64,000 nt of DNA, taken from the NCBI GenBank assembly GCA_016201405.1, contig JACQCZ010000001.1, forward strand, positions 8,432-72,431, written 5' to 3'. Below the pieces are notes generated by a model. The model saw nothing but the letters and a program-made list of their open reading frames with translations. It made no database searches and was not told the origin of the DNA. Within the stretch, counting starts at the first letter, position 1, and each line of letters starts with the position of its first letter. A program made the position numbers and the translations under genes. Shown in pieces: positions 58,108 to 64,000 of the stretch. This stretch comes from Candidatus Acetothermia bacterium (GTDB taxonomy: Bacteria > Bipolaricaulota > Bipolaricaulia > RBG-16-55-9).

Positions 58108-59163
58108 TTAGAAGTAGCCCTGTGAATGGAGTAATTCAGCGTTTAGAAGCGCTGCGCCTGCCGCGCCTCGAATTGTATTGTGTCCCAGAATCACAAACTT
58201 GGCATCAAAGAGATTGCACCCCCGCACCCGCCCCACAATCGTTGCCATGCCATTCTGCAAGTCTATGTCTAGCCTCGGCTGTGGCCGATCCTCTTCATCT
58301 TTTAGGATAACTGGATGCTCGGGTGCGCTTGGCAACTTCAACTTCTGTGGCAGCGATGTGTAATTGCGAATAGCCTCGCAGATATTAGAAATGCTCGCCT
58401 TCTTCTTGAAGTTGATAAAAACAGTCTCTGTATGGCCTTCCACCACCGGAACACGATTGACCTGTGCGCTAATGATCATGGAATGCGGCTCGATGGAGCC
58501 TCTGAGATATCGCCCAAAGATCTTCTTCGTCTCCGTCTCGATCTTCTCCTCTTCACTGCCGCTGCCAATGTTTGGAATGATATTTCCCAAAATATCGAGC
58601 GAAGCAACACCGGGGTAGCCCGCTCCGGAGATGGCCTGCATCGTCGAGACGGCCACGCTCTTAATACCAAATGCTTTGTTTAGCGGAGCCAAAGCCAGCG
58701 AAAGAGTGATCGCTGAACAATTGGGGTTAGTCACAATATAACCGCGAAACTTGCGCTTCTCTTGCTGGATTTTGATCAGATCCAAATGCTCGGGATTGAT
58801 CTCGGGGATGAGCAGTGGAATATCAGCCCCCATGCGGTGGGCGCTGGCATTGCTGATCACGGCATACCCAGATCTCGCGAAATCTTCTTCAATCTGGCCT
58901 GCGAACTCTCCGCCAAGTCCAGAAAAGGCAATGGTCGCTTTAGGACCAGGTGCTGATTCAAGAACTTTCAGCTTCATCACTCGCTCCGGCATACTTGTAG
59001 GCAGCTTCCAGCGGCAGACCTCTCCATAGGGCTGACCGACAGAGCGGTCTGAGCCTGTCAAGAAGGCCACTTCAAACCAGGGATGAGCTTCCAGCAATTG
59101 AATAAAGCGCTGCCCTACCGTGCCTGTTGCGCCCAAAATGCCCACTTTGATCTTTGCTCTCAT
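58108..59163 (-). CDS. asd: Aspartate-semialdehyde dehydrogenase, archaeal/eukaryotic-type
   Basis: GATGTVGQRF..HPWFE, SNASAHRM, PEINPEH, NPNCS, QAISGAGYPG, RVPVVEGH, HNTIRGAAG. Confidence 0.95.
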   Translation of the reverse strand: MRAKIKVGILGATGTVGQRFIQLLEAHPWFEVAFLTGSDRSVGQPYGEVCRWKLPTSMPERVMKLKVLESAPGPKATIAFSGLGGEFAGQIEEDFARSGYAVISNASAHRMGADIPLLIPEINPEHLDLIKIQQEKRKFRGYIVTNPNCSAITLSLALAPLNKAFGIKSVAVSTMQAISGAGYPGVASLDILGNIIPNIGSGSEEEKIETETKKIFGRYLRGSIEPHSMIISAQVNRVPVVEGHTETVFINFKKKASISNICEAIRNYTSLPQKLKLPSAPEHPVILKDEEDRPQPRLDIDLQNGMATIVGRVRGCNLFDAKFVILGHNTIRGAAGAALLNAELLHSQGYF

Positions 59164-59240
59164 CCTTGCCTTTCCGAAGTTTTGCGAGTAAAAGATATTT
59201 TAGCTCAAGTCCCGTTTCAAGCACAGTCTTTGGAGGCACA

Positions 59241-60296
59241 ATGCAGAATGTTGGCGTGATTCAGCGATATAGAGAGTATCTGCCTGCACTTCGTGATGAA
59301 TCCATCATTACACTCCATGAGGGGAGCACACCTCTGATTCGCGCAAAGCGCCTTGAGAAATATCTCAACGCCAACGCCGCAATTTATCTCAAATATGAAG
59401 GTCTGAATCCGACGGGCTCATTTAAAGATCGCGGCATGACGATGGCCATCTCCAAAGCCGTGGATGAGGGCGCGAAGGCTGTCATCTGCGCTTCAACCGG
59501 GAACACTGCCGCCTCCGCAACTGCCTATGCCGCACGTGCAGGGCTGCGATGTTACGTGCTCGTCCCCAAGGGCAACATAGCCATGGGCAAGCTCGCCCAG
59601 TCGATGATGCATGGTGCACAAGTCTTGCAGATTGACGGGCTCTTTGATGAGGCTCTGGAGATTGTTCGAAAGATCACAGAAGAGCAGAAGATCACGCTGG
59701 TCAACTCAGTAAACCCTTATCGTATCGAAGGGCAGAAGAGCGCGGCCTTTGAGATCTGCGATGAGTTAAAATATGCTCCTGATTTTCATGCCCTGCCGGT
59801 TGGCAACGCCGGGAATATCAGCGCCTACTGGAAGGGCTATCGCGAGTATTTTTCCACGGACAAGATCAAAGCCCTTCCCAAGATGATTGGATTCCAAGCA
59901 GAAGGATCGGCTCCCATTGTCAAGAATCGCCAGATTGACAATCCAAAGACAATCGCGACCGCAATCAAGATTGGGAATCCGGCAAGCTGGAGGATGGCTG
60001 TGGCCGCGCGCGATGAATCGGGCGGCCTCATTGAAGCGGTCACCGATGATGAGATTCTTCATGCCTACCAGCTTTTGGCCTCACTTGAAGGAGTCTTTTG
60101 TGAGCCAGCTTCTGCAGCTTCGGTAGCCGGTGTGCTCAAGCTCAACAAGCGAAAGTTCTTTTCAAATAGCTCGACAATCGTCTGCACGTTGACGGGGCAT
60201 GGTCTGAAGGATCCCGAGCGGGCAATTGAATCTTCCGACAAGCCGATCTCTGTCCCAGCCGACTTGACCAAGATTCTTGACGCGATGGGGCTATGA
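59241..60296 (+). CDS. thrC: Threonine synthase
   Basis: Start revised to ATG 59241 after GGAGG; NPTGSFKDRGM, CASTGNT, NSVNPYRIEGQK, PVGNAGN, TGHGLKD. Confidence 0.96.
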   Translation: MQNVGVIQRYREYLPALRDESIITLHEGSTPLIRAKRLEKYLNANAAIYLKYEGLNPTGSFKDRGMTMAISKAVDEGAKAVICASTGNTAASATAYAARAGLRCYVLVPKGNIAMGKLAQSMMHGAQVLQIDGLFDEALEIVRKITEEQKITLVNSVNPYRIEGQKSAAFEICDELKYAPDFHALPVGNAGNISAYWKGYREYFSTDKIKALPKMIGFQAEGSAPIVKNRQIDNPKTIATAIKIGNPASWRMAVAARDESGGLIEAVTDDEILHAYQLLASLEGVFCEPASAASVAGVLKLNKRKFFSNSSTIVCTLTGHGLKDPERAIESSDKPISVPADLTKILDAMGL

Positions 60297-61471
60297 AATA
60301 CGTCATCCTCGTCAGCGATGGCATGGCTGATGAGCCCGTCTCAGAGCTAGGCAATCGCACACCACTCGAAGCAGCCAGGACCCCAAACATGGATGCTCTC
60401 ACAAAGCAGGCTGAGGTCTTTGGGCTGGCTCGCACAATCCCAGACGGCTTTGAGCCAGGAAGCGATGTTGGCAACATGAGCATCTTTGGCTATGATCCGA
60501 AAAAATATTACACCGGTCGTGCTCCCATCGAAGCGCTCAGCCTGGGTATTGATTTGATACCAAGCGATGTCGCAGTACGCTGCAATCTCGTCAAGCTTGC
60601 TGTGAAGAATGGCCAGACCATTATGGAAGATTACAGCGCCGGACATATCTCTACAGAAAAAGCTCACGAGCTCATAACTTTACTAAAACCAGCACTCGAA
60701 GATGAGAGTTTTACGCTCTACCCAGGTGTGAGCTATCGTCATATTCTTCTCTGGCGGCAGGGGGAAGATCGCTTTCGTGCCACCCCTCCTCACAACATCC
60801 CTGGACAAGTCATTGACAAGCACCTCCCCAGTGGCCAAGGGAGCGAAGTTCTGTTGGGACTTATCGAAAAATCACAGAAGATCCTGAAGAATGAGCAAGC
60901 CAATTCGATCTGGCTTTGGGGTGCTGGCAAAAAGCCCAGTGTCCCGACATTGCAAAAAAGATTTGGAATTCAAGGGGCTGTTATTTCAGCCGTCGATTTG
61001 ATACGGGGCTTAGGGATATGCGCTGGACTTGAGGTCATTCTCGTCCCAGGCGCTACCGGTTATCTCGATACAAATTACAGAGGCAAAGTGGAGGCAGCAC
61101 TGAGAGCGCTTCAGAAGAATGATTTTGTCTCTTTGCACATTGAAGCACCGGACGAGACAGGTCATGAAGGAAGTGTCTCGAAGAAAGTGCTCGCGATTGA
61201 AGACTTTGACAGCAAAGTGGTTGGGCCGCTTCTTGCCGGGCTGAAAACGCTCCCAGACTTTTCTCTTCTCTTGATGCCGGATCACCCGACGCCAGTGAGT
61301 ATTCGAACCCATACCGCTGATCCCGTGCCATTCTTGATTTACAGAAAGAGTAAGAGTTCAAAAATTACTCATGCGCAACAGCGATTTACAGAGTCGTTTG
61401 CCCTCAAGACGGGAATTCTCCGAGATGAAGCTCATCATCTTATTGAAGAGCTTCTTCAGCTAAACAACTAA
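60293..61471 (+). CDS. apgM: Archaeal-type cofactor-independent phosphoglycerate mutase family protein (proposed homoserine kinase subfamily)
   Basis: DGMAD, TPNMD, PGSDVGN, GRAPIEA, HIEAPDETGH, PDHPTP..RTH..PVPF; ATGA overlap with thrC. Confidence 0.88.
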   Translation: MKYVILVSDGMADEPVSELGNRTPLEAARTPNMDALTKQAEVFGLARTIPDGFEPGSDVGNMSIFGYDPKKYYTGRAPIEALSLGIDLIPSDVAVRCNLVKLAVKNGQTIMEDYSAGHISTEKAHELITLLKPALEDESFTLYPGVSYRHILLWRQGEDRFRATPPHNIPGQVIDKHLPSGQGSEVLLGLIEKSQKILKNEQANSIWLWGAGKKPSVPTLQKRFGIQGAVISAVDLIRGLGICAGLEVILVPGATGYLDTNYRGKVEAALRALQKNDFVSLHIEAPDETGHEGSVSKKVLAIEDFDSKVVGPLLAGLKTLPDFSLLLMPDHPTPVSIRTHTADPVPFLIYRKSKSSKITHAQQRFTESFALKTGILRDEAHHLIEELLQLNN

Positions 61472-61473
61472 GC

Positions 61474-61511
61474 AAAAAGTTGGAGGACGTGGCGAGCCAC
61501 GCCCTCCAACT
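61474..61511 (-). terminator. Intrinsic terminator for the Ig-domain gene, possibly bidirectional
   Basis: AGTTGGAGGGCGTGGC..GCCACGTCCTCCAACT followed by TTTT on the minus strand. Confidence 0.8.
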
Positions 61512-61538
61512 CACGTCTTGCAGAGTGTTTCAGCGTTC

Positions 61539-63176
61539 CTACCGCAGGATCAAAGCCATTTTTACAAGCTGATGACTGACTTGGCCATCGGCACTCTTCA
61601 AAGTCACAACATAGAAGTAGATGCCATTGGCAAGTGGCGCACCAGCAGACGTGCGAAGGTTCCAGCGAAGAGCGCTTCCTGTCGAGAATCCGCTCTCATA
61701 GATCTTCTGACCCAGCACGTTGAAGACCTCCACGTTCATCGCGGCCACTACGCCCTGGGCTACGAAGAAGAGGCTCTTACCAACGTTTAGGGTCTTTACA
61801 GTCATGGGTTCGTGTGGGATGACTGGGAACCTTCTCGGAGCCACCACAGTCACTTTATCTTGCTCCGTCATGATGTCGTTCTTGATGGTCTTGGCCTTCA
61901 AGACTCCCTTTGTGTCGCCTAGCACAAAACCGAGTCTGGAGGTGTCAAAGTCACAGGTGATGTCCAGCCAGCGGTCGAAGTTGGTGTTGACCGCTCCGCA
62001 GCTAATCGGCTTTTGCTCGACTCCAGTCTTCCCGAATGTGATCGTGCTGGTGTCTACGCAGTTGGGCGCGGGGAACTCTTCTGTCCCCAGAATCGCCACA
62101 GTTGTGGTCCCCTTGACATCGTCCAAGCGGATGAGGTTGTCTCGGTTGCCTGGAACGATATCAATTGAGGCCTGCGCAAACTTAGAGCAGTCACTCGCCG
62201 CTGGCAAAATTGTTACGAGTGTGCCCGTGGGAGTGCCGCTTGTGGATACCGTCACGGTCACGGTCGCCGTATCACAGAGCTTTGTAGGCGTCGTCTTGTC
62301 GCAGACCTGGTAGACCAGGGTGTCTGTCCCCGTGAATGTAGAATTTGGGGTGTAGGTGATCACACCGGTTGTCGCGTTGACAGCCACGGTTCCATTGGAT
62401 GGGTTCGTCGTGACGGTGACGCTTGTTTTGTCCAAGTTGTTGTTGGGGTCTGTGTCGTTTGAGAGCACATCGATAGCCACGGCCTTCCCCGTTGTCGTAG
62501 AAGCTGTATCGTTGTTGGCCACAGGGGTGTTGGTACTTCCACCTGTGGAGCTTCCAGTGATGGACGTGATGACACGAATTTGGTCCGTCTGGACGTTATT
62601 GTTCAGGTCTACAGTGAGCGTGCGGCGATTGCTGGAGATCGTGAAGGTGTCCTGAGAGTCCGCGGCTGTCGGACCCATCTCGAGTCCATTGTCAATGCCA
62701 TACGTCGTTCCGGGGAACTTGAGCTCCGCATTGCTAGCGTTAAGCTCAGCGGTGAGCACAATAACACCCAGGATTTCATTTGCGAAGGTAATGCCACCCT
62801 TCACGTTGGCTGTCTGCGCAGGCTGTTGTATGCGGTCAAAGTGAATAAAGTAGCTATTGACCACTGTGCCCTTGGCAATTGTGCCACCTGTCAATGAGCC
62901 TGTTGTATCAAAAGTGCCCGTCCCGGTCGTGTTGACATCCAATGTCTCAGTCAGGGCGAAGCCCTGTCGCTCTAGAAATACAAAGGCTTGCGTGTCACTC
63001 TCCAATACATTTGTGTCAATACTGACCGGCTCGTGAATCAGCACAAAGCCTCCGCTCACGCTGGTCACACCAGGGAGCGTTGTCAAAACGACCACTTGAG
63101 CTGCTAACGGCAGAACGACCAATGTCAGCAGCATTAAGGGTATAGTAAATACTCCGAGTCTTTTTTTACTGTTCAT
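61539..63176 (-). CDS. Secreted multidomain protein with cadherin-like Ig domain and T9SS-type-A/FlgD-like C-terminal domain
   Basis: Signal peptide ending LAA-Q; PVANND..IDVLSND..TYTP..FTGTDT..YQVCD; tail VEVFNVLGQKIY..WN....G.PLANGIYFYVV......VKMALILR. Confidence 0.85.
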   Translation of the reverse strand: MNSKKRLGVFTIPLMLLTLVVLPLAAQVVVLTTLPGVTSVSGGFVLIHEPVSIDTNVLESDTQAFVFLERQGFALTETLDVNTTGTGTFDTTGSLTGGTIAKGTVVNSYFIHFDRIQQPAQTANVKGGITFANEILGVIVLTAELNASNAELKFPGTTYGIDNGLEMGPTAADSQDTFTISSNRRTLTVDLNNNVQTDQIRVITSITGSSTGGSTNTPVANNDTASTTTGKAVAIDVLSNDTDPNNNLDKTSVTVTTNPSNGTVAVNATTGVITYTPNSTFTGTDTLVYQVCDKTTPTKLCDTATVTVTVSTSGTPTGTLVTILPAASDCSKFAQASIDIVPGNRDNLIRLDDVKGTTTVAILGTEEFPAPNCVDTSTITFGKTGVEQKPISCGAVNTNFDRWLDITCDFDTSRLGFVLGDTKGVLKAKTIKNDIMTEQDKVTVVAPRRFPVIPHEPMTVKTLNVGKSLFFVAQGVVAAMNVEVFNVLGQKIYESGFSTGSALRWNLRTSAGAPLANGIYFYVVTLKSADGQVSHQLVKMALILR

Positions 63177-63340
63177 GGATACTCTCCTTTTCTTGCCTTT
63201 TCTTTATTAATCCCCTTAAAGGAGTTACCGGTTCCTGCGGGTCTCCAGATAATTCTTCACACAGAAGGTAGGTTCGCTGACAACACCTCCCTTTCTTATA
63301 TCGATTCTTTAGTACCTAGCTAACCTCATTCCCGTTCACG

Positions 63341-63369
63341 ATTGTAGCAAAATCCTCTGTTTAAGACTA
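63341..63369 (-). promoter_or_regulatory. Extended -10 promoter for the Ig-domain gene
   Basis: TAGTCT-17 nt-TACAAT with TGn. Confidence 0.55.
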
Positions 63370-63435
63370 TATTCGGCATCACCTTCATCCGTGCCATAGG
63401 CACATAGCGTTTAGGATGAATATAAGCGAAAAATC

Positions 63436-63464
63436 TTGCGTTGTGAAGACTTGGATACTACACT
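63436..63464 (+). promoter_or_regulatory. Sigma70 promoter for the MFS gene
   Basis: TTGCGT-17 nt-TACACT, 12 nt before ATG; no SD. Confidence 0.6.
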
Positions 63465-63476
63465 CTACTCGCCCCC

Positions 63477-64000
63477 ATGAACGCGCGAAAACGATGGACT
63501 ACGGCTGGCCTAGTCTCGATTTCAGGTTTGATGCTGGCTCATTTTACGAATGACTTCTATTCCAATTTTGTCCCGGTCTTCATTCCCAAGCTTCAAGAGA
63601 AGTTTGCGCTCAGCCATGCGCTGATCGGACTGCTGGCTGCGACTTATTCTGCCACTGGCTCCTTCTTTCAGCTCTTTTTTGGCTATATCTCTGACCGGGT
63701 TTCACACTGGCGCTTTGTCTTATTTGGCCCCCTCATCACCGGCTTCTTTATCAGCTTTGTCGGAGTGGCCCCAAGCTATGAGGCTGTTCTTGGAGTTCTT
63801 GTTCTGGCGTCACTTGGCACAGCGATGTTCCACCCGCAAGGCTCAGCCACATCTGGCCGCCTCTTCAAAGGAAATCGCGGCTTTATTGTCTCGCTCTTCA
63901 TTGCATCTGGCTCATTGGGCTTTGCACTCGGCCCCCTGCTAATGGCCATTTTTGTCAATGCACATGGACTTGAGCAGAGTCCGCTCGCGATCCTTCCACT
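63477..64000 (+). CDS. MFS transporter, Fsr-like, 3' end beyond window edge
   Basis: Not in the ORF track. Hand translation: MNARKRW..LAHFTNDFYSNFVP..FQLFFGYISDR..GTAMFHPQG..SLFIASGSLGFALGP. Confidence 0.9.
   Translation, partial: MNARKRWTTAGLVSISGLMLAHFTNDFYSNFVPVFIPKLQEKFALSHALIGLLAATYSATGSFFQLFFGYISDRVSHWRFVLFGPLITGFFISFVGVAPSYEAVLGVLVLASLGTAMFHPQGSATSGRLFKGNRGFIVSLFIASGSLGFALGPLLMAIFVNAHGLEQSPLAILP

Noticed and set aside
59164-59240. Lysine riboswitch, T-box or leader peptide for the thr genes
   Set aside because: The divergent gap is only 77 bp and shows no such motifs.

Overview
A 64-kb core-genome stretch of a diderm bacterium. The mix of BamA/Skp, CsaB/DUF5693, an S55 peptidase, apparently leaderless genes and an archaeal-type asd suggests a deep-branching Terrabacteria-like lineage such as Bipolaricaulota/Acetothermia; this is inference only. 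Contents in order: TetR-hemA (hemA truncated by the window edge); an ECF sigma/zinc anti-sigma locus with a DUF4097 lipoprotein and a predicted barrel protein; gyrB-murE-ABC ATPase-priA; coaX-tatA-sucC-S55 peptidase-murF; a 9-kb island of secreted proteins with about 13 CARDB/Ig-like domains plus a PKD membrane protein; tmk-dnaN; a rearranged dcw cluster interrupted by yraN-comM-bamA-skp-skp-fabZ-ftcD and headed by DUF5693-csaB; a small barrel gene; recA-recX-tag-thioesterase-ribA; asd-lysC-hom divergent from thrC-apgM; a secreted Ig protein with a T9SS-like C-terminal domain; and a partial MFS gene. No rRNA, tRNA, CRISPR array or mobile element was recognised. Best leads: the CARDB surface island, an outer-membrane module with no lpx genes and membrane-tethered Skp proteins inside the division cluster, a T9SS-like sorting tail, a self-evident ECF promoter motif, a TetR operator over the hemA promoter, and non-canonical Mur ligase motifs. 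All calls come from reading motifs by eye; no searches were run.
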